A DNA stretch of 64,000 nt from an uncultured Nitrososphaerota archaeon (GTDB taxonomy: Archaea > Thermoproteota > Nitrososphaeria > Nitrososphaerales > CADDZS01). The notes under the pieces were generated by a model. That model did no database searches. It was not told the DNA's origin and saw nothing but the letters and a program-made list of their open reading frames with translations. A program made the position numbers and the translations under genes. Location of the stretch: positions 96,001 through 160,000 of the forward strand of contig CAWCYI010000007.1 of assembly GCA_963799845.1 (NCBI GenBank). Direction: 5' to 3'. Positions 39,588 to 49,628 of the stretch are shown piece after piece (within the stretch, counting starts at the first letter, position 1; every line of letters starts with the position of its first letter).

Positions 39588-41591
39588 TCACCATTGCCAT
39601 TCTCTGGTTGACTTCTGACCCCCAAGTCTGCTCATTTTTCCTAGCAATGAGATCGGTATCACCCCGATAATGAATGTCTCGAATGCGGCAAAGCCTCCAA
39701 GTACCATTGCGGTGGGTTTTGGTTGCTTCAAGCTGATTGGGGCGGATGCCGATGTTGGTGAGGAAGCTGCTACTGGAGGCGCGGTCTGATGCTTGGACGT
39801 GGTTAGAGCAATAGAACTGCCGATCCCATTCGAAGTACTGGCACTATTTGCTATCAAAGAGGAGGTTTCTGAATTTGATATGCCTGATTGAGAAGATTCT
39901 ATCGTTGTTGATTTAGGGGTAACAGTTCGAGTAATTGTGACTGTCAGATTACCACTTTCTACGCTTGTAATGGTTTGAGCGGAAACACTGGGAGAAGCTG
40001 TTGATGTGATAAACGAGGGGTTTGTGACCGTCGTAGAAATCGTCGTGGTCACGGTCGTGATCGCCCCTGAACGTTCATTAGAATTGGTATCACTGGACGT
40101 GGAGGAAGAGCCACTGTTCGTTATTGTGGAATCAGTAGAAGTTGTGCTGCTAATTGAAGTCGAAGTTGTCTGAGAGCTGTGGGAGGTCGTAGTTGACGAG
40201 GTAGTGGAACGCGAGGTTGTACTTGATGTCGTGGATTGCGAAGTTGAGGTAGTCGAGGATGTCGTATGAGTAGTCGAGGATGTCGTATGAGTAGTCGAGG
40301 ATGTCGTATGAGAAGTAGTTGAGGTCGTGCTGGAAGCAGAGGTGGTAGTGGTCGGAAGGGTAAACCAACTCGGTAAATTGGGATTAAATGCGGTCAAAAC
40401 CTGCATGTTTGGTTCAGGCGTTCTCCCATCATTCGGAGTCCCCCAGTTTTGGTACATTCCACCATTGGAAGGGTCTACCCCGTCTGCCCAGAGATTGCTT
40501 ATTGTGTCTTGCAACATTGTTTTCGCCGACATCCCGTCGTAGGTCATGTTGCTCATGGTCCAAGCCTGAGTTGCCCTTGCCGCTTCTATGAAGTGGGCTG
40601 ATCCCCTTGTATCTGACCAGGGATAGCGCGCCATGTCTGTTAGGAAAGCATTCTGCCATAAACTACAGGGGGCAGTTCCAGCGACACATTGCATATCGTA
40701 CTCCATGATCAAAAACCCTTGCGTGTCGTCTCCTCCATCGGTCACGACCGGACTACTGGAGGGAAATTCAGTGTTTATGCAAGGTTGGCTTCCCTGACAC
40801 GCATCGCTGGTCGCGCCACCCGTGAAACCTCCATATCCACTCAAGAACCATGTCTGGCCTTCCGTGCCGCAGTTATTGCCTATTCCACCGATGTGGATTC
40901 CGGGCTGAATGAGAATTGAAGCATACGGATCAATGAAACCGTATTCAGGCTCTCTCCTGTCTAGGAGATAGCCGCTGGAGGTACCATGAAAGCTACCGGG
41001 ATAAGTATAAGGTGTGAAGGGAGCCGAACAAGCGCCTACTCCAAACCAAGTCTGTGAAAGATATTTTCTAACCTGACCGTTGATATCGGTATCGACAGTT
41101 CCCGACCCGTAGTTCTTTGTGTTGAAGTTAATGAAAGTCTGCAATGAAGCGAGCGGACTTGATGCACTATTCCAGTAATCGAGTGATAGTCCTCCCTCAA
41201 GATTGTTGTCACTAATGACGATTATGTTATTGTAGCCACCCGGCACTCCGATAGCAGGCGACGGTTCTATCCCACCACCCTCGACCAGTCCATATTGTGC
41301 ATTGTAACCAAAGCTCCCCGTCTGAAAGGGGGTCATCATAACTTCTCTTACGCCTTCAATTTGGGAAAGATATGGCTGCACCCATAGTTGGTAGTCTTCG
41401 CTGGATGGTGGAGTCGCGCTGTAACTCGTATTGAGCATTGCAAAGAATGGAATGACGACGGAGATGAAAATTAGTATCGCGATGGATATTGTCTTTGAAA
41501 CGGCCCGCTTATTGCGAGTTCGAATCCTCTGAAGGTTGTCACCGTTGCCCTCTTCATCAATTTTATCTAGTTGCTTCCTGTAAGTACCCAT
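39588..41591 (-). CDS. Secreted/cell-surface protein with Cys-containing N-terminal domain, Ser/Thr-rich linker and C-terminal TM anchor
   Basis: Signal-like hydrophobic segment, long S/T tract, C-terminal hydrophobic helix, tail REWQW. Confidence 0.8.
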   Translation of the reverse strand: MGTYRKQLDKIDEEGNGDNLQRIRTRNKRAVSKTISIAILIFISVVIPFFAMLNTSYSATPPSSEDYQLWVQPYLSQIEGVREVMMTPFQTGSFGYNAQYGLVEGGGIEPSPAIGVPGGYNNIIVISDNNLEGGLSLDYWNSASSPLASLQTFINFNTKNYGSGTVDTDINGQVRKYLSQTWFGVGACSAPFTPYTYPGSFHGTSSGYLLDRREPEYGFIDPYASILIQPGIHIGGIGNNCGTEGQTWFLSGYGGFTGGATSDACQGSQPCINTEFPSSSPVVTDGGDDTQGFLIMEYDMQCVAGTAPCSLWQNAFLTDMARYPWSDTRGSAHFIEAARATQAWTMSNMTYDGMSAKTMLQDTISNLWADGVDPSNGGMYQNWGTPNDGRTPEPNMQVLTAFNPNLPSWFTLPTTTTSASSTTSTTSHTTSSTTHTTSSTTHTTSSTTSTSQSTTSSTTSRSTTSSTTTSHSSQTTSTSISSTTSTDSTITNSGSSSTSSDTNSNERSGAITTVTTTISTTVTNPSFITSTASPSVSAQTITSVESGNLTVTITRTVTPKSTTIESSQSGISNSETSSLIANSASTSNGIGSSIALTTSKHQTAPPVAASSPTSASAPISLKQPKPTAMVLGGFAAFETFIIGVIPISLLGKMSRLGGQKSTREWQW
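40249..40311. repeat. 3 x 21-bp perfect tandem repeat encoding HTTSSTT
   Basis: GTAGTCGAGGATGTCGTATGA x3. Confidence 0.95.
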
Positions 41592-41649
41592 GGAAATTAT
41601 GCTTCCTGTGTTTCTTGAGAAGTAGTACTCGTCGCATTAGGAAGTTGCC

Positions 41650-41730
41650 CCGTACATGTACGGCTGATCATAAATTCATGTTGCCAGTACAAGGCACGAA
41701 TGCTTGATCACAAATTCATGTTGTTAGTAC
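41650..41730. promoter_or_regulatory. 14-bp palindrome plus two 26-bp direct repeats upstream of the surface-protein gene
   Basis: CCGTACATGTACGG (41650-41663); TGATCAyAAATTCATGTTGyyAGTAC at 41665 and 41705. Confidence 0.55.
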
Positions 41731-42099
41731 GTTATAGGATACCACAAAAAAATTCAGAAGTGGTCGAATCATTTCGAAATGCTTTATCACGACCTTCAAA
41801 ACTGATGATCAGGGAATTATAACCGCGATGCGTATCGGAGCACTAACCTCTAGGTTCAGTTTAAGCCTATCTTAGTGATTCACGAAAATACAAATTTCAT
41901 TTCACAGATTATTGAACAAGAAGCTTCTAGTGCTGTCAATAAGTGGAAAACCGAGTGGTGCTTCTTCTGCGTTTCTGGCCCATACATGTTGAGGATAAGT
42001 TGACCGTCAACGCGGCGAAGTGTGAGTCCTATAGAACCCCTGTAGGATCAGGATTGTTGCAAATGATGCTGCAGAAAAAACTTTGACTTACAAATATTA

Positions 42100-42543
42100 T
42101 CAGGATTCAAGTTTCGATTTGATATTTGCAAAGATTTGAGTTACCTGCTTCTCGCTCTGTCCTTTCAGGATTTGAGAGCCAATCCCTGCCATTAGACCGC
42201 TAATGTCTGCGTCCGCAGACCAGGCCATTTTGGTTCCGCTGTCTTCGGAAGAAATATCCAACTCGCTCTCGATATGCATCTTGCTACCTGCGCCTGATCC
42301 GTCCCCGATTAGTCTCGCATGATTTCCCCCGCTCTTCTCCTTCAGCTCAAACTTCATGTCAACAGTTCCCCTGATCACCGAGATTCCCACTTTGATCTTT
42401 GCTTCAAAATGGTCTTGATCAATTATTCTGGAACTCTGTAAATCAGGAATCGTGGCAACCATGAATGTCGGATCAGACAGGCTGGCAAAAGTCTTCTCGG
42501 GACTGGCATTAATGTGCACAACTCCGTCAAGATGGAATTTCAA
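42100..42543 (-). CDS. CoxG/SRPBCC family protein
   Basis: LSDP..M..TIP, AKIKVGI, W.ADA.ISG.MA.IG. Confidence 0.85.
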   Translation of the reverse strand: MKFHLDGVVHINASPEKTFASLSDPTFMVATIPDLQSSRIIDQDHFEAKIKVGISVIRGTVDMKFELKEKSGGNHARLIGDGSGAGSKMHIESELDISSEDSGTKMAWSADADISGLMAGIGSQILKGQSEKQVTQIFANIKSKLES

Positions 42544-42561
42544 TTTCTTATGCCGCCGAGC

Positions 42562-43782
42562 CTACCTGTACGCCTCGAAATCTTTCCCCAAAATTGTGGA
42601 GGCGATCTTCAACTCCATGATTTCGTCGGTTCCCTCATAAATTCTAGCTACTCTGGAATCTAGAAGATGCTTAGCAACGGGTGAAAGCAAAGAGTAGCCA
42701 AACCCCCCGTGAATCTGAACTGCTCGGTCCGCAGAGTCGTAAGCATTTGTCGATGCGATCAGCTTCGCAGTTGCGCTCATCCTGTCAACCTCGTTTCTGA
42801 GTTGCAAATCCTTTGGTCTTGAATCCATTTCATCTTTCATCATCGCTGCACTGTAAACGGGCCAACGAGATGATTCAAGGTTCACCGCGATTTTTGAAAT
42901 GTGTCGTTGAATGAGTTGATGCTTGCCTATCGGCTTTCCGTGCTGGATTCTGTTTTTCGCCCTTTCAACGCTTGAATTCAGACAATCCTCGATCACACCA
43001 AGGCAGCCCGAGCCGATACCGATTCGGCCGTTCAACAAAGCCGAATAAGCAACCGCGAAACCTTTCCCCACTTTTCCCAATACAGCATCCGTTGGAATTC
43101 TCATTTCCTGGAATTCGAGCAGCGCGGTATCGGAAGTAAACAATCCTAATTTCTCGGAAAGATGCATTGCAACGCTGAATCCTTGCGTTCTCGAATCGAC
43201 GATGAATGCTGTCACAGAACTATCTCTGCTTGATTTTGCAAAAACTACGATATATCTCGCTATCGAACCGTTTGATATGAGATATTTCGAACCGTTGAGC
43301 ACATATTCGTCTCCCGTTTCCGAATAAACAGTCGACATTGACGAGGGATCGCTACCTGCATCCGGTTCAGTCAATGCATAGGCTAGGATGGATTCGCCGC
43401 TAGCAGCCTCAGGCAAGATCCTAGACTTTTGCTCAGCGGTTCCCCACTGCTGTACTGTCAAACTTCCGAGAAACTGGTGGACGTCTACCAGAGTGACTAT
43501 TCCCATACCTAGTTGTCCAAGCCTCTCCATCACTAGCGAGTGGAGCAACACGCCGACTCCTTTTCCACCGTATTCTTTCGCGATCGGGAGCCCCATCAGG
43601 TTACGTTCCGACAAGATCTTGGGTGCACTGTCATTGAACCGTCGCTCGATGTAAGCTTCGAATTCGCCCATAGAAAGTTCGTTGCAAACCTCATCAACCG
43701 ATTCCAGCAGCTTCAGATCTTCATCAGAAAGCAATTTCAGTTTTGAAAGTTGATCCACCGATCTAGCAAAAGTCGGCTCCAA
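42562..43782 (-). CDS. Acyl-CoA dehydrogenase
   Basis: ALTEPDAGSD, LNGSKYLISNG, GRIGI, QIHGGFGY, RIYEGT. Confidence 0.95.
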   Translation of the reverse strand: MEPTFARSVDQLSKLKLLSDEDLKLLESVDEVCNELSMGEFEAYIERRFNDSAPKILSERNLMGLPIAKEYGGKGVGVLLHSLVMERLGQLGMGIVTLVDVHQFLGSLTVQQWGTAEQKSRILPEAASGESILAYALTEPDAGSDPSSMSTVYSETGDEYVLNGSKYLISNGSIARYIVVFAKSSRDSSVTAFIVDSRTQGFSVAMHLSEKLGLFTSDTALLEFQEMRIPTDAVLGKVGKGFAVAYSALLNGRIGIGSGCLGVIEDCLNSSVERAKNRIQHGKPIGKHQLIQRHISKIAVNLESSRWPVYSAAMMKDEMDSRPKDLQLRNEVDRMSATAKLIASTNAYDSADRAVQIHGGFGYSLLSPVAKHLLDSRVARIYEGTDEIMELKIASTILGKDFEAYR

Positions 43783-43858
43783 TAACGATTCGAATAGGAA
43801 TTTGCGCGTTGGTTCTTGAATCTTGCTGAAAATTTGACCTGAACGATTATGATGAGAA

Positions 43859-45002
43859 TCAGTCTAAACTTGTCAAAAAGCGGGTAAATCGGTCCAGGCC
43901 GATCTCGAGTTCTTCAAGGCCTCCCGAGAACGAGATTCGTACTCGAGCCTCTCCTGATCGGCCAAACGTCGTCCCAGGAAGCAGAGCTACATTTTATTTT
44001 AAGTAATTGCTTGCAAAATTCCGTCGCCGACATCTCGAGGTTCTTCAACTTCGGAAAAGCGTAGAACGCTCCCTGAATCTCGTTGCACTCGACCCTAGGA
44101 ATTGTCTCCAATTTTTCAAGTAGAATCTTTCTTTTCAACGAATATTCCTCTTTGATCTCGGCAATGATTTTGTCTCCGTTGTCCAGAGCATACGCAGAGG
44201 CTCTGGATTAACGGAGGGAAGCAGGTAATTGTGTTTTCCAGAAATTTGTTGATCAGACGAACAACGCGTTCGGAAGCGACAGCGTAACCTGCCCTCCAGT
44301 CTGTCATCGAATAAGCTCTTCGATAGGCTGAAAATGGAAATCACTTTTTCTGGTTTTGACTCCAGAGATCCCACTGCAAAATGCGATGCGCCATCATAGA
44401 CCAGATCCTCGTATGCGTCGTCAGAAATTATGTAGATTCCTTTGTCTGAACAAAATTCGTAGAGCTCGTTCAATTCTCCCTTGGAAAGAATTCGCCCAGT
44501 CGGATTAGAAGGAGAGTTTACTATTATCGTCCTCGTTTTTTCCGTGATTTTTCTCTTGATCTCTTCAATATCAAGTGAGAAATCTCCATTTCAGACGGTA
44601 AGGAACTGGATTTCCTCCAGAAATGATTACGGGCTCTGCGTAAAAATAACCACGATCCGGGACTAATGCTTCATAGCCCGGTTCAGTGACGGCGAAGAGC
44701 GAAGCGTAGACAGCCAGCTTAGTTGTAAGAAAAATCGTTTCGCCAAGTTCCGCTCTAATTCCATTTTTCCTCCTAACTTTTCGACAAATAGCTTCGCGAA
44801 TCTCCCTCGTACCATACGACGGAACATAATGAACCTGCCCCGATTTCATGCTCGCATAAGCGACTTCTTCGATTTCTGAAGACGTATTGGAGGAGGGATC
44901 TCCTATTGCCAATGAGATCACGTTTTCCCCTTTCGAACGTTTCTCTAGAACTAGATTTACGATCTCAAGAGAAGGGGAACATTCGATCATGGAAAGATAC
45001 AT
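43859..45002 (-). pseudogene. Class I/II (aspartate-type) PLP aminotransferase broken by ~4 frameshifts
   Basis: Fragments GDP, NSPSNPTG, SDDAYE, SLSKS/MTDWRAGY, GAFYAF, LLPGTTFG, VRISF lie in different frames. Confidence 0.8.
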
Positions 45003-45098
45003 GTTGATGAGGCCCGAAAATTTGAAAATTTAAACCAGAGCTTTGACACGTCAATACTTATTATTGAAAGGTCTTCGCAGAAAAAGGGAGAGAGTTTC

Positions 45099-45473
45099 AT
45101 GACAAACAGCTATAGCGAACCTGCTTTATGGAGAGACAAATCTGAATCTTGGCACGAAATCATGCCTGGAGTAAAAAGGAGAATTGCAAATCACGCCTCA
45201 ACGGGAATGATGGTTTACTACAAGATTGAATCCGGCCGAGTATTTCCTAGACACAATCATCCCCACGCCCAGTTCGGATTATTTATCGAAGGGAAGGGGA
45301 TCTTTAAGGTGGGCGATGCCAGCTGGGAGATGAAAGCCGGAGACGGATATTTCATCCCGCCCGGAGTCTTTCACGAACTGATGACCACAGGCAGTAGCCC
45401 GAGCGTCGTTGTAGACTTCTTTACTCCGGAGAGAGATGATTATCTTTTAGAGTCGCCGGCACCTGATAGCTAG
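45099..45473 (+). CDS. Cupin domain protein
   Basis: PRHNHPHAQ, GDGYFIPPGVFH, DFFTPERDDY. Confidence 0.9.
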   Translation: MTNSYSEPALWRDKSESWHEIMPGVKRRIANHASTGMMVYYKIESGRVFPRHNHPHAQFGLFIEGKGIFKVGDASWEMKAGDGYFIPPGVFHELMTTGSSPSVVVDFFTPERDDYLLESPAPDS

Positions 45474-45538
45474 AATACGACTTTCGGATTAAGTTTTTAT
45501 TACAACTTCCAAAACCCACTTGGTGAACATATTGAATT

Positions 45539-46204
45539 ATGGAGAATCTCGCTTCAATCAAGGAAGTAATCGACCTTTCAGTTCCATTGAAGAGCCTTGA
45601 CACACCAGTTTTTCCGGGCTATCCTCAACCCTTACGTTCAATTTACACTACCGTCGGGAAAGAAGGATATGCCTCATTTGTTTGGATGTTTGCAGAACAC
45701 ACGAGCACTCACGTAGATTCCCCAGCTCACTTTTTCGAGGGCGCCCCAACAATAGACCAAGTCCCTCTGAGAAGATACGTGGGACCGGGCATGGTTTTGA
45801 ATTTTTCAGGCAAGCCCAGAAATTACAACATCGGCAAAGAGGATATCGAGAAGGCCTTGAAGAACGTAGGAGAGAAGTCGTTGTCGGGATGGATCATCCT
45901 CTTTTACACCGGTTACACTGACAAGTCCTCCACATCCGAATGGCTGGAGCATCCGGCGCTAAGTGAGGCAGCCTGCAAATATCTTGTCGAACTACAAGTT
46001 AATGCGGTCGGACTCGATGCACCTAGCCCAGATCATCCACCCTTCCCCGCCCACAAGATCTTGCTCCCACAGAAAATAGGTGTTTACGAAAATCTCTGGA
46101 ATCTGGAAAAGATTCTAGAGAAGAAGTTCCTTTTCGTTGGAGCACCGTTGTCTCTGTATGGAGGGAGCGCAAGCCCGGTAAGGGCCTTGGCAATCATCTT
46201 CTAA
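45539..46204 (+). CDS. Cyclase-family metal hydrolase (kynurenine formamidase-like)
   Basis: HTSTHVDSPAHF, GLDAPSPD, ENL, SASPVRA. Confidence 0.9.
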   Translation: MENLASIKEVIDLSVPLKSLDTPVFPGYPQPLRSIYTTVGKEGYASFVWMFAEHTSTHVDSPAHFFEGAPTIDQVPLRRYVGPGMVLNFSGKPRNYNIGKEDIEKALKNVGEKSLSGWIILFYTGYTDKSSTSEWLEHPALSEAACKYLVELQVNAVGLDAPSPDHPPFPAHKILLPQKIGVYENLWNLEKILEKKFLFVGAPLSLYGGSASPVRALAIIF

Positions 46205-46363
46205 ACCAAGTACTATTGTTCAACTCACCGACATTCGTGAACTTCCTTTGATTCTCTGGGCCAAAGTCCATTCCCATAGCTTGAATATGGAAACCGCGGA
46301 AATACGTTTTTGAGCGTCGAACGCGCGAGTTCTTCATCTCCAAGTTGAAAGGAATATCGGAAA

Positions 46364-47425
46364 ATGGTCTACGAAAATAATCTGGGCAAGATTTCCTCCG
46401 CCTTTTTGGAAAAAATCATCTATCCAAAACTCGGGGCAAGAAGGGACGAGGTACTTGTTGGACCCACTTCAGGCGTAGACACCTGCGTCATCAGGATCGG
46501 ATCTAACGAAGTTCTCGTAGCTTCAACGGATCCACTTTCCTTGATACCCGACTTGGGCCCCGAAGACTCCGCCTGGATGTCAGTAAATTTGCTCGTGAAT
46601 GATCTTTCGACAAGCGGACTCTCTCCACAATATCTGATGGCGGATCTCAATCTCCCTCCGGACTTGCCGGACGATGTTTTGACAAGATATTGGAATGCAC
46701 TTAGCAATGAATGTTCTCGGCTAGGTGTTGCAATCGTGGGAGGCAACACTGGAAAATTCGATGGTTGTCATTTGACAATTATAGGGGCGGGAACCACTTT
46801 CGCGGTGGGATCTAAGAGCAGGGTAGTCGTTTCGAGCGGCGCCAAGCTTGGAAATAGCGTAATTTTGACGAAGGGCGCAGCGATATCTGCTACAGGTATT
46901 TTATCGAAGATATTTCCGAACCGGGTCAAAGAAATTCTTGGAGAATCGCTTCAGAAGGGCGCAGAGGCATATTTTAGTCAGATTTCGGCGATGGACGATG
47001 CCCTTACCGCAGCTTCGGTTGGAACCGGGGCGGACGGTGTTACGGCGATGCACGATGTGGCGGAAGGCGGCGTTTTTACCGCACTGCTTGAACTTGCGGG
47101 GGCCTCCACACTCGGAATGAGAATCGAGAAACAGGCTATCCCAGTCGCGAATGAAACACGTTCGATTTGCAAATTATTCGGACTTGACCCATACCTGAGC
47201 TTGGGAGAAGGTGCGATGATAATTGCATGTGCAAGAAACAAAAGTGAAGAAATTGTAGGGAGATTAACGAAAAAGGGTATAACGGCGGCTGTGATTGGGG
47301 AGATGACCAATCAAGACAACGGAGTTGTTTCCCACGAAATTCACGGCGATGTGCCGGTAAGCCGTCAGTCTACCGATCCATACTGGAGCGCATATTATGC
47401 GGCGGTCTCAAACAAGTGGAACTGA
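46364..47425 (+). CDS. AIR synthase-related (PurM/HypE/ThiL superfamily) protein
   Basis: STDP, NDL, GGNTG, AMHDVAEGG, DPYW. Confidence 0.85.
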   Translation: MVYENNLGKISSAFLEKIIYPKLGARRDEVLVGPTSGVDTCVIRIGSNEVLVASTDPLSLIPDLGPEDSAWMSVNLLVNDLSTSGLSPQYLMADLNLPPDLPDDVLTRYWNALSNECSRLGVAIVGGNTGKFDGCHLTIIGAGTTFAVGSKSRVVVSSGAKLGNSVILTKGAAISATGILSKIFPNRVKEILGESLQKGAEAYFSQISAMDDALTAASVGTGADGVTAMHDVAEGGVFTALLELAGASTLGMRIEKQAIPVANETRSICKLFGLDPYLSLGEGAMIIACARNKSEEIVGRLTKKGITAAVIGEMTNQDNGVVSHEIHGDVPVSRQSTDPYWSAYYAAVSNKWN

Positions 47426-47706
47426 TCGCGATCTTTTTGAAGCGAGAGATTCAGAATCGAAAAGGAATCAGAAGGAAAAAGGGCAGTCTGGAAGAGACTT
47501 TGAGCTACTCCCTTTACAAAGAGGACCCGACCACATATCTGGTTTCTTACAGGGACAAAGATATCATAAAACAAGCAAATTTGAAAGATTTTATGGACTC
47601 TGAAGATTATTCTGCAATACCTCTGACAAGAATTACTTTAATTTCGAAGAATGGAAATATCGTATGGAGGAAAGGTCAGAAGGACATTCTTGTAAAAAAT
47701 CGATAA
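47416..47706 (+). CDS. DUF504-like conserved protein (start uncertain)
   Basis: YRD...IPLTRI...G.IVWRK. Confidence 0.6.
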   Translation: MELIAIFLKREIQNRKGIRRKKGSLEETLSYSLYKEDPTTYLVSYRDKDIIKQANLKDFMDSEDYSAIPLTRITLISKNGNIVWRKGQKDILVKNR

Positions 47707-47806
47707 ACCTTCTTTGAATCGATCTCTTCGTACGTTTGCAAGTCGAATGATTTCGAAAAAGATTTCGTAAACCGCAAGCTAAATCGACGGAAAAATCCCC
47801 ATTCCC

Positions 47807-48085
47807 TTACTTTGAAAAGAAAATCATCTTCTTTCTCCAACCTCTCGACAGGATTCTATCCGATCTGTCGGGTTTGAAGGGAGTCTGGGCTGTTCTCAGC
47901 TCCAAGTTATCAACAAGATTTACGCTCAACGCGCAGAAGCAGTGGCAATACTTGGTTCCATTGGTTTTCGTCCTTGCAACGTACTGAGGATCGAGTATTA
48001 CTTTTTCGCAATGGAAGCAGGGCGCTCCGTAGCCATTCAGCTTCCTCGCTGAATCTATTCGAATGATGCTGACTGGCAACTTCAA
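47807..48085 (-). CDS. Small CxxC...HxxC zinc-finger protein
   Basis: CFHCEK...YCHCFCA. Confidence 0.55.
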   Translation of the reverse strand: MKLPVSIIRIDSARKLNGYGAPCFHCEKVILDPQYVARTKTNGTKYCHCFCALSVNLVDNLELRTAQTPFKPDRSDRILSRGWRKKMIFFSK

Positions 48086-48260
48086 TCATTAGCTTGTTTT
48101 TCTTGTCCTTTAAACAATCCCACGTCTCTCGTACTTCCTTAATAGATATGGTTAAGATGAGAGTTTTCGAATGTAATCATAGCAACACTTTATCTTTAAG
48201 ACTCGGAATTTGTAAGATCGTAGGGATGAGGTACATTTTGATAAACTGGGAGGACCTCTA

Positions 48261-48626
48261 ATGTTAGAAACAAGTGATCATGTTCGGATTCTCGTCACTC
48301 TGAAGACATGGGGAATTTTGTCGGAAAAACGAATATCAGACCTTTCTAAGATGTCGCACCGCAGATGCAGCGTGAATCTAGAGAGACTAGCCCAGGATCG
48401 CATGGTAAAACTGGTGGAAAATAATAGCTCGTCCAGGACCTACCGCATTACTGGTTCCGGTCTTAACTATCTAGACAAAATAAGACAGAAAGACAGACTC
48501 GTAAATACCGATCTCAGTTCGTCGTCTCTTTTTTCAATATACTTTCATCCCAGAAATTCGGAATTATCTCCTTCGGCTGGATTTCCCATCCTTGACGGAG
48601 CAGGAGACTCCTTGAACTGCGAATAA
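48261..48626 (+). CDS. Winged helix-turn-helix protein
   Basis: LERLAQDRMV...YRITGSGLNYL. Confidence 0.65.
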   Translation: MLETSDHVRILVTLKTWGILSEKRISDLSKMSHRRCSVNLERLAQDRMVKLVENNSSSRTYRITGSGLNYLDKIRQKDRLVNTDLSSSSLFSIYFHPRNSELSPSAGFPILDGAGDSLNCE

Positions 48627-48650
48627 TAAAATCTTGAAACCGTGGAACGC

Positions 48651-49049
48651 CTAAATTATCGCAAAGGCTTCAATTTCCACCAGTTGTTTCGGAAAGGCTA
48701 GACCTTTAACTTCAATCAGGGTCGAAGCCGGATAATCACCACCAAAATATTTTTTCACAAGCTCGGTGAAAGTTTGGATATTCGATTGCATGTCTGAAAC
48801 GTAAGCCGTTATTTTCATAACGTTATGCCGTGAGGCTCCCGCCTCCTTCAGGACAGCATCAATTCCTTCGAGCGCCTTCGTACATTGTTCGCTAAAGTTT
48901 GCCGACTCGATAAGGTTTCCTTTTTTGTCGGCCGCCAGTTGCCCTGAAATAAAAAGCGTCTTCTTTCCTTCTTCGACTAGGACGCCCTGGCTGAATCCGA
49001 AAATATCACTTCTGAAAAGTGCGGAAGGCGCTAAATTTGTTCGTTTCAT
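48651..49049 (-). CDS. RidA/YjgF family protein
   Basis: FSQG, LFISGQ, PASTLIEV..L, VEIEA. Confidence 0.92.
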   Translation of the reverse strand: MKRTNLAPSALFRSDIFGFSQGVLVEEGKKTLFISGQLAADKKGNLIESANFSEQCTKALEGIDAVLKEAGASRHNVMKITAYVSDMQSNIQTFTELVKKYFGGDYPASTLIEVKGLAFPKQLVEIEAFAII

Positions 49050-49212
49050 AGGAAAAAGACGGAAAGTAATTCTCTTTTCTAGTTTTCGAAAGTCAATTCC
49101 GCTTCAAAGGAGGTGGCCCACCCGAATAATGGCGTGAACTGGGACTTCCTCCAAATTTGAATGATGCGATGAACTTGGAAGTCCGTGTCTCATAATCGGA
49201 AGCAAAAATAGT

Positions 49213-49348
49213 TGGGCCAGGCCGGATTTGAACCGACGACCCACACCGTGTAAGGGTATGACCGCAATCTTGCAAAAATTGCTGTTGTCCTAACCAGGTT
49301 GCCCGAATCTGAGAAGTAATTACTCGGAATCCCCTAGACGACTGGCCC
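49213..49348 (-). tRNA. tRNA-Val(TAC) with two non-canonical introns (D-loop; anticodon stem 49258-49283)
   Basis: GGGCCAG/CTGGCCC acceptor; spliced ACACC-CTTACAC-GGTGT arm; GGTTCAAATCC; both inserts form hairpins. Confidence 0.85.
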
Positions 49349-49628
49349 GCGACAAAATCAAATTCGATCAAGCGCTTTAAGGTTTAACGGGAAAGCACTC
49401 AGTTAATTGAATTTCAAAAAGTTCGCCGTTTCTGTTTTGCCGGCGTTCTATATCCAACCTTTCAATAATATTTTGAAAAATTCTGCCGCTTTGCGTCGCG
49501 CATTTCCACAGGTCTTCATCCTGTACCTTTGGACCTTGAAAGCTTCTAAAGCCATTGTTTCGCTTTCATTTATTTATTATGCAATTTTCCCCCTTTTCTA
49601 CACAGGGGCGCAATTCTGCGTACCGAAG

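Noticed and set aside
40249-40311. CRISPR array
   Set aside because: Repeats are contiguous with no spacers and are in frame in a S/T-rich linker; no cas genes.
41665-41730. Mini-CRISPR
   Set aside because: Only two imperfect copies with a 14-bp gap.
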